Source: Octopus vulgaris
Lineage: Eukaryota
Direction of reading: 5' to 3'
Assembly (NCBI GenBank): GCA_951406725.2
Contig: OX597830.1
Coordinates: 64,480,001 to 64,544,000 of the forward strand
Length of the DNA: 64,000 nt
Shown here: piece by piece, positions 15,711 through 27,929 of the stretch
How the letters are laid out: every line of letters starts with the position of its first letter
Numbering within the stretch: the first letter of the stretch is position 1
Made by a program: the position numbers and the translations under genes
The notes under the pieces: model-generated
Told to the model about the DNA's origin: nothing
The model's database searches: none
Seen by the model: the letters and a program-made list of their open reading frames with translations, nothing else

Positions 15711-15770
<60 letters not shown>

Positions 15771-15987
15771 AGCCCACACTAAGAAAAGCACTTCACTTAC
15801 ACACCACAATGTGAGTTTTCTCGAAATTTTGCTTAATTGGGGTTGAAACTTGAAAAACTGGACCTGGCACGACCCGATGTATTCTACTCTTAAAAATGCT
15901 AGGTAAATTGTAATTGAAGAAATCCTATATTGTAGATTTCTATGAGACAAAGGGAGGCAGATAAAATCTGCCTTTTATAATAAGAGA
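14443..15987 (-). mobile_element. 5' part of a second Helitron/Helentron-like non-autonomous element
   Basis: Minus strand A|TCTCTTATTATAAAAGG at 15987; subterminal palindrome GGCAGAT-AAA-ATCTGCC (15956-15972); internal duplications and minisatellite; no 3' end of its own. Confidence 0.6.
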
Positions 15988-16044
15988 TATATGTATGTAT
16001 ATATGTACACGGTGTTCGAAAAGTCTCTCAGTATGTCTGTCTGC

Positions 16045-16110
<66 letters not shown>

Positions 16111-16612
16111 GTCTGTCTGTATGTCTGTCTATGTATCTATCTGCTCATCTATCTATCTTTCGCAAGGCATCGAGTTTAACAGAAGACGAAGTCTGCTGCT
16201 GACTCTGCTGACATGCGTATGACTGCTGAAATTGGAACATTTGTATTTCAATTAATTTCATTCTAATTAATTTAACCACGAAGCCGAATTTTGATGGGTG
16301 CTAGTACATTTGCACTCAACTAGCAAGACTCCGTAGACTTGCTAGAGATAATAGTCAAATTGCTTTTGAATCACATTCTACAGTTTGAAGTAGGGAACAT
16401 ATTAAAGTTGAGGAATCAGTTGGCATATTGTTCTGGGAGCTGAAAAGAGGACCATGAATATTTAGTGGAACCCTTCTTAAAATAATAAAAAAAAATACAG
16501 TCAAAGTAATGTATATAACAAAGTTCATATTCCCGTTGAATTTCGAGAGGAAATGCTGTTGGCGTGGACTGAAATCAGCTGTTCCCTATTTCAAAAATTC
16601 TCTCTGAGACCT

Positions 16613-16962
16613 CTCTTTATTTGCTTCAGTCATTTGACTGCAGCCATGCTGAAGCACCGCCTTTAGTCGAGAAAATCGACCCCCAGGACTTATTCTTTGT
16701 AAGCCTAGTACTTATTCTATCGGTCTGTTTTGCCTAACCGCTAGGTTACGGGAACATAAATACACCAGCATTGGTTGTCAAGCGATGTTGGAGAACAAAC
16801 ACAGACACATAAACATATACACACGCATATATATATATATATATGGGCTTCTTTCAGTTTCCGTCTACCAAATCCACTCGCAAGGCTTTGGTCGGCCCGA
16901 GGCTGTAGTGGAAGACACTTGCCCAAGGTGCCACGCAGTGGGATTGAACCCGGAACCATGGT
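16613..16962 (-). mobile_element. SINE family A, 5'-truncated
   Basis: Co-linear with family A from the B-box region to the tail. Confidence 0.9.
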
Positions 16963-17397
16963 AGTTTTTTTAAAATTTTTCAATGCTTGTTTAATCAGGA
17001 TTGGGTTGACCCGGCTAAGCTACGAAGATGACGACCACAACCATGACTACACACATATTCGTACATACACGGACATATAGGCATACACACATACAAACTC
17101 ATATTAAAACACAAGCATACACATACATACAGACATATTGAATCACAAGCATGCACACGTATACAGAATTATATTAAAACACAAGCGTGTACACACACAT
17201 ACACACGCACACACACACGTTCAGATATATGCACAAGTAATTTTGATATCAAATACAGATGTCTGATGAGTGTATGCGCACCAACATATCGTCTGTTTCC
17301 TCTCCACTCCCCTCTGTCAGCCCGTCTGCCTCTCTATGTGTCTCTGTTTGTCTGTCTGTCAGTTTCTGGCTCATTTCTTGAATTTCTTAGCTGCACA

Positions 17398-17459
<62 letters not shown>

Positions 17460-17814
17460 TTTATTTCCGTGTATGTCAGCTTTGAGCTTAAACGACATCG
17501 TGGTTTATTTCGTTTCGCATCCTTCCAGGATCGATGAAATAAAATACTACCCAAATAATGTGACCGATGATATTGACAAGTAACTCCCCGCCCCCTCAAA
17601 ACTGCAGGCCTTGTGTCAAGATTAGAACTAATTATTTTTTTCAGATTCACTGCCGCTTGAGTTCAAATCCCACCGAAGCCTACCAAGCTTTTCCCCGTTC
17701 CCGAATCAATAAAGCAGTGGTAACATCCCAGGGCGGTGCCTTGACGCAATTTTTAGAGGGTCGGACGAGATATTTGATGCTATTTGTTCCGACTTTTTAC
17801 ATTCTAAATTCATG

Positions 17815-18230
17815 AGTAGTAGACTTAAAACCTCGCCCCATTCTTACACCACCAAACAGTCCTTGGATGCCTTTAGCAGAGTCCACTATATTTGCAAGTA
17901 TTTGGGCCCAGTTGCCAGATTCGAGGATACCTTTCTCCTTCTCACAATACCTTTCTCATCTCCACATGTATTAAGGTTTGATTGGCGTGTAAGACATGTC
18001 CAACTCGTGTGCGTTTGTTTGTGTGTCTCTGTGTCTGCATACATATAATAATTGATAGCTACACACACATAAATACACAAACACAAACACATACATGCAC
18101 GTAGTAGTCTTAATACCTCGCCCATTCTTACACCACCAAACGGTCCTTGGATGCCTTTAGCAGAGTCCACTATGTTTGCAAGTATTTGGGCCCAGTTGCC
18201 AGATTCAAAGATGTCTTTCTCCTCACAAGT
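17815..18230. repeat. ~130-bp direct duplication (17815-17948 and 18101-18230)
   Basis: Near-identical CCTCGCCCCATTCTTACACCACCAAAC...GGGCCCAGTTGCCAGATTC blocks. Confidence 0.92.
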
Positions 18231-18452
18231 CTCGAGGATCCTATAAAAGATTAGGAATACTGCCTTCTCCCTTGACTAAAAGTAAATTTAAAAAACACCC
18301 CATGGTTGCCATAGGAGAGGCGGGTAAGATGGACACAGTTATAAGTGTGACACACAAACCAATGAGAACGGTTATAACGCAATAACTACTTTTCACTGTA
18401 TTCATCATGTATTTGTGTGTCACACTGTAGTCTTGATGGTCCCGTGAAACCA

Positions 18453-18672
18453 CGAGGGATGCTGAAATATTTCTGGACTTAAGGGTGTCGTGAAAGGCCT
18501 GGCTGGCGGTCCAATTTCCGAGTTCTTTTAGAGGGCTTAGAAAACTGAAGGACCGCTGCAATAAGTGTGAATTTGAGAGGGGAATACCTTGAATAAAATC
18601 ATAATTAACAAATCCCCCTGTATTTTTTTTTTTGTTTTTGCCCAAAGCCAGGAACTTTTCAGCACTCCCTCG
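18453..18672. mobile_element. Mariner-type MITE (220 bp)
   Basis: TIRs CGAGGGATGCTGAAATATTTCTGGACTT and AAGCCAGGAACTTTTCAGCACTCCCTCG; TA on the right flank, CA on the left. Confidence 0.8.
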
Positions 18673-19479
18673 TATAGATGTCGCAACTACATCGATATCT
18701 GTATGAGCTTGTTATGCCCGTACTAGTTGGGTGGAAGAGATACTGCTTTTACAATATTGCAGTAATAATGCCTGTTAGACGTTTTGTTTCGTTATATATT
18801 TTTTGTAACTGTTGTGACGAACGTGGTGGACGTTAAAGCTTGCAGGAGCATCAAACTGTGCTTCTCGCGGGTCACGGTGGTCTTTAGTATTTAACATTTT
18901 TGTTTCTTTGTGCAGGTGGTTTGTATGTGTGTTGTCTGTGTACAAACAGGCGCAAAGGTGGCTGTGTGGTAAGAAACTTGCTTCCCTGTGCAGGATCATG
19001 AATTCCTTCCCGGAGGACTCCTACAGATATATACCTGTGTGGTCCGGCCTGGAATCGAGTAGATGCTTCAATGAAGCAAGGATATTGGTCGGCCGGATAA
19101 CCTGAACGAGTCTAGAAAATGTGAAATATGAGACTTTTTGTGTGTTTTAAAAAAGAAAAAAAGAATTCTGAACATTGTGTTTTGGGGGGGAAAAAGGAAA
19201 AAAGAACATTGTTTTAGAGAAGCGAAAGTCGGCGGGCACTTTTCGTCTTCTCCCATCATCATCATCACCATCATTCATACCATTAATGTCCATGTCCAGC
19301 CCGCAAAGCTTCCATCTGTGTGATGCCCTTGTGGCAAATTATATGAAATAAAGAAACTTGCTTCCCAACTTTATTTTGAAATTTTTACATGTTTCAGCCA
19401 CTAAAACAAATTCTCTGAGAGGGTACCATTACAAACTTATATAAGTGAATGGGTGAAAAACAAAATAGGAATTTTGAAA

Positions 19480-19680
19480 GCTGTATCTATAAAGGTATCT
19501 ATTTTCGCTCTCTTACAAGTTTATGGTCGAACCTGTGGCAGTGGAGACCTCTGGCGTTCTTGGCCCCCGTAATACATCCCTGCTCAACGCTATCAGAGCG
19601 TAGATGGTTGTCCGTAAGTGCAAGGCCTATGTGGCGGAGTGACTGTTCTAACACATCTCCCTCACCGTCCTCAAGCCAGT
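19480..19680 (+). pseudogene. Decayed restriction-like-endonuclease region of a CRE-like non-LTR retrotransposon
   Basis: Translation ...MVEPVAVETSGVLGPRNTSLLNAIRA*...AE*LF*HISLTVLK resembles the PVAVETxGxxG...WLFQRISLAV segment; a possible RPD motif lies at ~19090. Confidence 0.55.
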
Positions 19681-19719
19681 TTGACTTTCAGGTAATCCTA
19701 CTTTCCACTTCTTAAATTC

Positions 19720-19865
19720 TTAGAACCATGCAATAGTTTTAAAATCAAGAATGTCATCTATAAAACTAGTTTTTAAATATCGAATGGATATGGGGGGGGG
19801 GGGTCCACCGGAATAAAATAATAATTAAAGGGGTACATACGAAAGAAATAGATGAGAACTATAGT
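19720..19865 (+). mobile_element. hAT MITE 3' fragment
   Basis: TCTATAAAACTAGTTTTTAAA...GGGTCCACCGGAATAAAAT...TGAGAAC shared with the 33152 and 40059 copies. Confidence 0.6.
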
Positions 19866-20168
19866 TGTAGTACATTTCTACAGTTTTGCCAATCTTTATT
19901 GTCCTCTATGTGCGTTGTGCACGCAGTAGCTGTAATCTATGTAAGTCTTTGTATTTTTCTGTATGTATGTGTGGTACACTTATGTACTTATGTTATTGAG
20001 TAAAATGCTTGGTTCTATAGTCAGATATCCTCTGAAAATGCTGAGTAGAAGAGAGACAGGTTATTCGGTAGGGGTTACTTTACAAAATGTTGTAGTGGAG
20101 GCCATGTCTTTAGGGGATTTAATTAGGGTTGGACGTGAACAGTATTGTCTAGAAGGACGTATATGTGC

Positions 20169-20212
<44 letters not shown>

Positions 20213-20339
20213 ATGCGTGTGTGTATGGAGTGTTATGTCATTTGTATAGGAGGGTGCCTGTATCGTTTGTAGAAGTGTGGGAAGGTCAATGGGGGTAAGG
20301 GGAAGGATTTCCTGTCATACTCAATTCAGGAAATACCTG

Positions 20340-20887
20340 GTGGTAGTTGTTGGTGGTGGAGGGTTGAAGTAATGCAATGGAGGTGGCGGTTGTAATGGTA
20401 GTAGAAATTGTAATAGTGGTAGTAATAGCAGCGGCAGTTGTTGTGAAGTTGATAGTAGATGTAGTAGTAGTATTGGTGGTGGTGGTGGTGCCATGGTATG
20501 GCTAACGGTAAAGATGGCGGTGGTGGTGGTGGTGGTTGATGGTGGTTGAGATTATGATGGTGATGGTAATAGTGACACTGCTAATGGTGTCGATGGTTGT
20601 GATAGCGTTAATGGTACATGTGGTAGGTTGTTGTCGTTGGTGGTGGTGGTGGTGAAGGTGATGATGGTGGTAGGGGTGGTAGTGGTCATGGTGGCGATGG
20701 TGGTGATGATGGTGGTGGTGGTGCGGTTTATGAAGGTTAGGAGGGTGGAAATCCCGGTGTTGGTGATGGTAATAGTGTTGGTGGTAGTGGTGGTGGTGGT
20801 GGTGATAGTGGTGTGGTGATGGAAGTGGTGGTAGTAGTAGACAGGATGTTTTACATCGTCTCGCCTGTTGCACACTCAAATAGCCGT

Positions 20888-20918
<31 letters not shown>

Positions 20919-21387
20919 TTTATTTATATTCTTGTAAACCCAGGAACGTGGAAAATGGTAATTTGAACCGTGCACGTCTGGGTTAAGAACGACAAATAGT
21001 GAGATTCAGCCGAGTGTGTTAAGGTTCCCGCCCACACCGCCGCCACTAACACCACCACAACCACCACCACTATCACCCACCGTCATCACTATCATCACCA
21101 CCGTCATCACTACCACCACCTCTGTACCATTATCCACTCCTCTCGCCTCCATCATCTCCGCCACCACCACGTTCAGTATTACCACTACCATAACCAACAA
21201 CCACTATTACGATCGCAAGGGTCATCACCATCGTCAACGCCAGCGCCGCCGCCGCCACCACCACCACCACCACGTGCCCATTGTTGGAGTCAATTTACCA
21301 TTAAGTTTGCTTATGAATAGGCAAGTATGAGCGTGTGTCTGGAATTTAAATCGTAATGGTATCAGTAGTAGTAGTAGTAGTAGTAGT

Positions 21388-21446
<59 letters not shown>

Positions 21447-21490
21447 TAGTAGTAGTAGCAGCAGCAGCAGCAGTAGCGGCAGAAGTAGTA
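20340..21490. repeat. Degenerate (GGT)n block, (ACC)n block, then (TAG)n/(CAG)n tracts
   Basis: Read directly; explains the poly-His/Thr/Val/Ala/Leu ORFs. Confidence 0.9.
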
Positions 21491-21757
21491 TTTGCTCCAT
21501 CTGCTGTAGATGCCAGTTCTTCAACGATGGTTGACGCAATAGCTATTAGGTAGAGGTGTGCCACCACAGATGATTATGGGAGGCAAACTGTGCTAAAATT
21601 GAGATCTTTTGTAAAAGCAATGTGGTTGGTAAATTCAAAGATAGCATAACTGAGAATATAAATAGTGGTTTTCTTTGGCTCATTGTGTGTGTGTCGCAGC
21701 CAGAAACACGTGTCCACTACATGTCTCTTATCTCCTGACAATAAGCTCGGCCTTCGT

Positions 21758-21925
21758 GAAGACATGTGGCCTTGTGGTTAGGCTGTAGCTACTTACGATC
21801 GCAAGATAGTAGTTTCGATTCCCGGACAGGGCGGTGCATTGTATTCTTGAGCAAACACTTTATTTCACGTTGCTGCACTCCACTCAGCTGTAAATGTGAC
21901 CCTGCGACGGACTGACGTCCTGCTG
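21758..21925 (+). mobile_element. tRNA-derived SINE family C (V-SINE-like)
   Basis: A-box TGGCCTTGTGG, B-box GTTTCGATTCC, then CACTCAGCTGTAAATG and CCTGCGACGGACTG; homologous to 47822-48130. Confidence 0.7.
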
Positions 21926-22444
21926 TAGAAAAGCGCAACCGGCCTCTATGAGTTTTACGACTCAAGAGAACAGCATCACCTTCTCAAGTAGATCTGATCT
22001 TAATTGCTACTTGGTCATGATAGATTCCTTAGAGACGGAGATAATTCGATTAAAGCAAGGACTTATGTTGTATGGTGTTTGATATATCTGTATTTTTGTT
22101 TGAGTTTTATATAGAGTCGGATGTTTCTGTGGCTAGAGTTGTTGCTTAGCACTAGGCTGACTCTCGCAGAGTAGATCTACAAACCTATTATCAAACGTAT
22201 TCTCGCTGTGATCACATTGGCGTAGCGTGGGATTTAGCAGTTCTATGAGATAACCAAAATCGGCCGTTTCCTTTCATATATGTATTATACCTTGGACTAC
22301 AGCATAAAACCATATATAGAGTGGCCTCTCACTCTGCGGGCCACACACCCATGCACCACGGTACAGCCCAGCTCACCCCGGCTCGTTCCACGCCACATCA
22401 CGGCTTGACTATCTCGTAGGCAGAATGAATTCAAATCAACAATA

Positions 22445-22560
22445 TTGGTTTCATATTTTGGCTTAAGGCCAACAATTTTAAGGGAGGGTTAAGTCGATTA
22501 CATCGACCGCCGTGTTCAGTTAGTACTTATTCTGTCGACTCCGAAAGGGTGAAAGGCTAG
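22445..22560 (-). mobile_element. SINE family B, 3' fragment
   Basis: GTCGATTACATCGAC...GTACTTATT..GTCGAC.CCGAAAGG matches family B. Confidence 0.7.
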
Positions 22561-22835
22561 GAAGTGCTGCTACTCCCGTCGTCCTCTTCTGATTTGGCAC
22601 CAACGGATTTCCACCCCTTTCAAATGCTATACGCGTTTCGTTCAATACTGATGCAGAAAGCTTGGTTGGATCAATTTTTCGAGTCGAAATCAGGTGATTT
22701 CGACCAACGAGGTATTGAAAATCTTGCTAAACGTTGGGAAGAAGTTGTAAACAAGGGTGAATACATTATTGATTAATTAGTTGTTATTTTCTATTAAATT
22801 TAAGAAAAACAGCGGGAACTTAGTTGCCAACCCAA
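22561..22835 (+). mobile_element. Mariner 3' fragment (transposase C-terminus plus right TIR)
   Basis: SSDLAPTDFH (YSPDLAPxD-like) and GIENLAKRWEEVVNKGEYIID*; TIR GGAACTTAGTTGCCAACCCAA followed by TA. Confidence 0.85.
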
Positions 22836-22879
22836 TATTTGCTCCAAATCGAACAAATGTACTAGCCATGGTCAAGAAT

Positions 22880-23210
22880 AGGAGATATGACCTTACGGTC
22901 TTTCTCTGTGGCATAGTTCCGGTCCGTATCGAATTCACCCAACTTTTGACCTATGATCAAAGACATTTCAAACATGGCCGTCCCGTCTTTTTCCCAGACT
23001 GAATTCATTCCAAAGCCACAATGTCAGTCAGGATCGAACAAATCTGCAGTCTACGATGACAGACACTCCACACGTGACCATTCAGTCTCGTATTTCTTTT
23101 CCTTTAGCAGAGTACATTCTAAGACTACATTATCCACCCAATCGAAGAGATCTGCCACATATGAGCAGAGGCACTCCAGATGTGACCACCACATTTTTAC
23201 TAAGCACAGT
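22880..23210. repeat. Degenerate tandem copies of the dispersed GATCAAAGGCATTCCA..TGACCATC motif
   Basis: Related units at ~22955, 23056 and 23163; the same motif appears reversed near 1400, 8310, 36910 and 53130. Confidence 0.55.
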
Positions 23211-23419
23211 ACATCCATCATTATATTATCCAAATGCGTACTTCATCTCTGAGACGTTTGGGAGTAATCTGAGGTATATTTAACTGTCATTTCACTGGAT
23301 CACGTAGGAGCCTCATGTCCGTTGAGTGTCAGGGCAACCTTGTGCAGGTCAAGTGACCAGATTTGCGAGCTTTGATCACAGGTGGTCAGATGTGACGCAA
23401 ACAAACCAACAACAGCTGT

Positions 23420-23623
23420 CAAGCGGTATGTTTGTGCACTCACATAGACACAAACATACAATGGCATCTACACTGTTTCTATCAACCAAATTCACTCACA
23501 AAGTGTTTGTTGACCCAAACTATAGAAGGAAAGCTCTTGTCCAAGCTGCCGCGTAGTAGGACAGAACCCCAAATCACGTCGTTGGAAAGCGACCTTCTTA
23601 ACCACACAACCATGCTTGCGCCT
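23420..23623 (-). mobile_element. Old SINE family A copy
   Basis: ACCAAATTCACTCACAAAG...CTTGTCCAAG..GCCGCGTAGT...AACCACAC similarity. Confidence 0.7.
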
Positions 23624-24006
23624 CTATATTATTCACATGTTACTGCACAAGCAAGCAACCAATTTCTCAAGAACTGTTGTAATTGGAATTTGCTGTATTT
23701 TGCGAGCGCCAAGCAATTTAAATAGCCGAAACGGTGAAACATCGCTCAAAATGCCTCACGGGGTTTAGATAATTCTCATTTACGTTACCAATTCAAAGCG
23801 TGCCTTTCATCTTTCCAAGGTCGATATCACAGATACCAGATACATAAGTTTCATACATAAGTTTATTGTCCTTGTGCCAACGTTTAAAAGCGTTATTGGG
23901 TGCTTGTCCTCAACATTATGAGTAATAATATGATACCTGTAGGTGTACACCGACCCTGCAGAACCATCACAATTGGCTGCACACACACATATATATATAC
24001 ATATAT

Positions 24007-24091
<85 letters not shown>

Positions 24092-24094
24092 CAC

Positions 24095-24125
<31 letters not shown>

Positions 24126-24129
24126 CATA

Positions 24130-25409
24130 CGAGGGACGTTCAATAAGTAATGCCTCTGACCCCACTTGCAGTTGTTTGATCTAGCATGTGCAATCATTTA
24201 TATCTCTATAGAGTAAGTGGCAAATTACAGCTCTGAATTAATTGTGGTTTCTGATTTACAGGTGTTTGAACCGAGTCAAGTGTGAAATGGAGCCTGTTGA
24301 GTGTCGAGCAGTGATCCGGTTTTTGTATTTGAAAGGACGCACACCACAGGAGACTTTTGATGAAATGAAAGTAACTTATGGTGATGATGCCCCATCATAT
24401 GACCTTGTAAAACGCTGGCATCGTGAATTCAAACATGGTCGGAACTCTGTGGAAACAGCTCCCACATCTGGTCGCCCCCTTCTGCCATTGATGAGGCATC
24501 TGTCCGTCAAGTTGAGGCTGCCATTTTGGAAGATCGACGCATAATTATTCGCCAAATAGCCCATGAGGTCAAGATTAGTACCGGGTCTGTGGAAACTATC
24601 ATTCATGACCATTTGCATATGCAAAAGGTGTCTGCCAGATGGATTCCCAGGTTGCTCACGCTTTCCAGAAGCAAGAACGCGTCGAATGCTCGAGGGTAAA
24701 TTTGGAGATGTGCCAAGAAGATGAGTCAAAATTTTTCAAAAGACTGATTACACAGGATGAAACCTGGGTCCACCACGATGATCCAGAGACCAAAGCCCAG
24801 TCAATGCAGTGGAAGCACCGTGACTCACCCCCTCCAAAGAAGGCAAGGGTGCAGCCCTCCGCTGGCAAGGTCATGCTCACAGTCTTCTGGGACCAGGACG
24901 GAGTAGTGATGACAGATTTCCTGGCAAAGGGTACCACAATTGCAGGAGCCTATTATGCTTCACTTTTGAGGAAATTAAGAGAAGTTATCAAAATCAAGAG
25001 GCGGGGCAAGATCAGCAAAGGCATCCTCCTCCTGCAGGACAACGCTCCGGTCCACAACTCGCTTGTCGCCAGATCAGAAGCACAGGCGTGCGGTTATGAA
25101 CTCCTCCCCATCCCCCCTACTTTCCTGACCTTGCACCCCCTGATTTTCACCTCTTCCCAGCCATGAAGTTGTTTTTGAAAGGAAAGTGTTTCCCAGATGA
25201 TGCAGCCTTGATTTCTGAAGTCACGTTGAGGTTGGAGGACCAAGCTGGGTTCTTCTACAAAAACGGTCTCCAGAGCCGCATCAAACGATGGGAGAAATGC
25301 GTAACTCTGGGTGGTTCCTATGTAGAAAAAGACTAATAACTGTGCTAAGTTTCGTTGCTCTACTGCTATGGGAAGTGGGTCAGGGGCATTACTTATTGAA
25401 CGCCCAACG
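24130..25409 (+). mobile_element. Full-length mariner DNA transposon (1280 bp), probably irritans subfamily
   Basis: TIRs CGAGGGACGTTCAATAAGTAATGCC.CTGACCC and GGGTCAGGGGCATTACTTATTGAACGCCCAACG; TA duplication at 24128-9 and 25410-11. Confidence 0.95.
24287..25336 (+). pseudogene. Mariner DD34D transposase, frameshifted
   Basis: ATG 24287 (MEPVECRAVIRFL, HTH), WIPRLL, ITQDETW, LLQDNAPVH, PYFPDLAPPDF, RWEKCVTLGGSYVEKD*; frameshifts near 24480, 24660 and 25110. Confidence 0.93.
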
Positions 25410-25589
25410 TACATACATATACATACGTATATATATGTGTGTATGTATATATATGTAATACACGAAAACGGAAATTAACACGCTTTAATAGCAGATCACG
25501 ACGTACGCTTCTGCAGTCAAATCAGCTTTAAGTTGCTGGGTTCATATTCATATAATATCGTTAAGGAGTATTCTATCAAGGACTTCAGA

Positions 25590-25665
<76 letters not shown>

Positions 25666-25670
25666 GTCTG

Positions 25671-25732
<62 letters not shown>

Positions 25733-25762
25733 GATCTATCTATCTATCTATCTATCTATCTA

Positions 25763-26576
25763 AGGGCCCATGGACAACTTCCAGAGATCCCTGGCCTGGC
25801 AGTGCTACCGAGAAGCGCTACCCGTTCGGGATAAGCTCTACAGACACGGCTCGAGAAACACGGGGCCGACCTGCCCGAGATGCGGTCAGAGCGACGAAAC
25901 CGTTCTGCACGCACTCGTTCAGTGTCCAACAATTTCCGACCTGTGGGCTTATGTCGAACAACTGCTGTCACGTGTGGGACGAGTCGGTTTATCAGCTGAG
26001 TCTATCGTCAATATTGTCACGCCTCCTTCCTTCAAACGGGAAGGAAGAGCTATTTTCATCATCCTTGTGGCTATGGCGAAAGAATGTATCTGGTGGACGC
26101 GTCTGAAAGGATTGGAGACAAACACTTTCCTCTCTGGTCAATCTCTCATCAACTTCTTCAAGTACCACTTGAAAAGGAAAGTGAGAGTAGAGAGGCAAGT
26201 TTTGTCTAGCGAATGTTTTAAAAAGATGGGTGAATGTAGCAAGAATGGCACGTATGAATGACGAAGCCACCTTGAGCATAGTCCTATGAACCCAGAAATC
26301 GAAAACAGAGAGTTGCTTATTTGCAAAAAAAAAAAAAAAAAAAAGAAATATAAAATGTGACTTCATTGACCGAGGTTACCGTGGTCTTTTCCGTAGGCTT
26401 TTCTTTCCACGGGTAAACCTCACCTGTCCTCCCCTTTACACTTCATATTGACATTTCTGTGATAACGATCCCTATTGATCAATTTTTTTTTTTTTCTCTC
26501 CCCCTTTTTTTTTAACCCCCCTTTTTTTGTCCTCTTTCTCTCCTTTTACGATCCCTTTTGATCGAAACTCCCCCTT

Positions 26577-26612
<36 letters not shown>

Positions 26613-26691
26613 TTTTAAACCTTCAAAAGAAAAGCTCTACCTTGTAATTTGTTCTATCTGTGTGCAGCCCTGTGTGGCTAATAAAGAAACA
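25763..26691 (+). mobile_element. 5'-truncated L1/Tx1-clade LINE (ORF2 C-terminus plus 3'UTR)
   Basis: zf-RVT-type motif; T-rich 3'UTR; AATAAA at 26680; (TATC)n on both sides. Confidence 0.85.
25770..26261 (+). pseudogene. LINE ORF2 C-terminal zinc-binding (zf-RVT) fragment
   Basis: [16 protein letters not shown]...[19 protein letters not shown]...W (W..h...LP...C..C...ET..H....C pattern). Confidence 0.85.
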
Positions 26692-26732
<41 letters not shown>

Positions 26733-27428
26733 GTCTATCCATCTATCTATCTATCTATCTATCTATCTGTCTATCTATCTATCTATCGATCTATCTATCT
26801 GTCTATCTATCTATCTATCTTTCTATCTGTCTATCTATATTTCTATCTAATAATCTCTCTCTATCATTCTGTCTATCTATCTATCTATCTATCTATCGAT
26901 CTATCTATCTGTCTATCTATCTATCTATCTTTCTATCTGTCTATCTATATTTCTATCTAATAATCTCTCTCTATCATTCTGTCTATCATTCTGTCTATCT
27001 ACCTATCTGTCTATCTACTTATTTGTCTACCTACCTACCTGTCTGTCTGTCTGTCCATCTATCTATCTATCTGTCTGTTTGTCTGTCTGTCTCTGTGTAT
27101 GTATGTGTGCGTGTGCGTGTATGTGTGTGAGAGAGTGTTTGTCAATGTATCTACATATAAAGACACACAGGTACAACCACTTATACGGGGCTATACGTAC
27201 GCATGTTCACATAGATATAACCGTACACAAATTTGCAATACATACACACATTTACGTACGTACTTCGCAGAGACAGAGGGAAAGAAAGATAATGGGAGTG
27301 AGAGAGAGAGAGAGAGACAGAGAGAGAGAGGGGTGAATGAAGAAAGAAGTTTAGAATAAAGTAAAATGTGAGAGAAGTTTGAGTTGTAGGTACAATACGT
27401 CAGAGACAGAAAAGTGATATACATGTGA

Positions 27429-27477
<49 letters not shown>

Positions 27478-27622
27478 TTTACATATATGAATGTACATAT
27501 GGATGTGCGTGTTTATATATATGTTGTTGGTAAGACATGTCTTTTGTCTATCTCCTTATCCTCTTGGAGATTTTGGGTAAAATTATACTAATGTGTCCTT
27601 CCAATTTAATTAAATGCCTTTG

Positions 27623-27719
27623 TGCAGCTGAAGATTGCTCTGCATTTTAAATTGATGTAATGAAATGAAATGATTGCATTGTTCAGTAAAATGGAGTCGC
27701 ATGAAACGATCGTACTGCA
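27623..27719 (+). ncRNA. Candidate minimal type-I hammerhead ribozyme
   Basis: Stem I TGCAG/CTGCA, CTGAAGA 27628-34, stem II TGC/GCA with a long loop, GAAAC-GATC-GTA (palindromic stem III). Confidence 0.65.
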
Positions 27720-27839
27720 TTACCTCTGGATGTCGTTGTTGCTTCTTTTGATTTTAATCACCTTATTTTGAAATTGTAAGGATAATGCCATACTAAATTC
27801 TAGTGCCTCAACATAAGTACCATATTCATCTGAATCTAA

Positions 27840-27887
<48 letters not shown>

Positions 27888-27929
27888 TAGTCTGGATAGA
27901 ATTGACATATCGGTTCTATTCTAGCAAAA

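Noticed and set aside
17264-17295. CTGATGA-GTGT..GCAC hammerhead start
   Set aside because: GAAA is replaced by CAAC and there is no adjacent stem I; CTGANGA hits at 5050, 6762, 28632, 29496, 37805 and 45548 likewise lack the remaining elements.
18241-18645. 134-aa non-repetitive ORF
   Set aside because: It reads through a mariner MITE into its flank; a chance ORF.
20502-21567. His-, Thr- or Ala-rich structural protein ORFs
   Set aside because: Trinucleotide low-complexity sequence open in several frames on both strands, with no splice or domain support.
24242-25166. SETMAR-like domesticated gene
   Set aside because: No SET domain; frameshifted and flanked by TIRs with a TA TSD.
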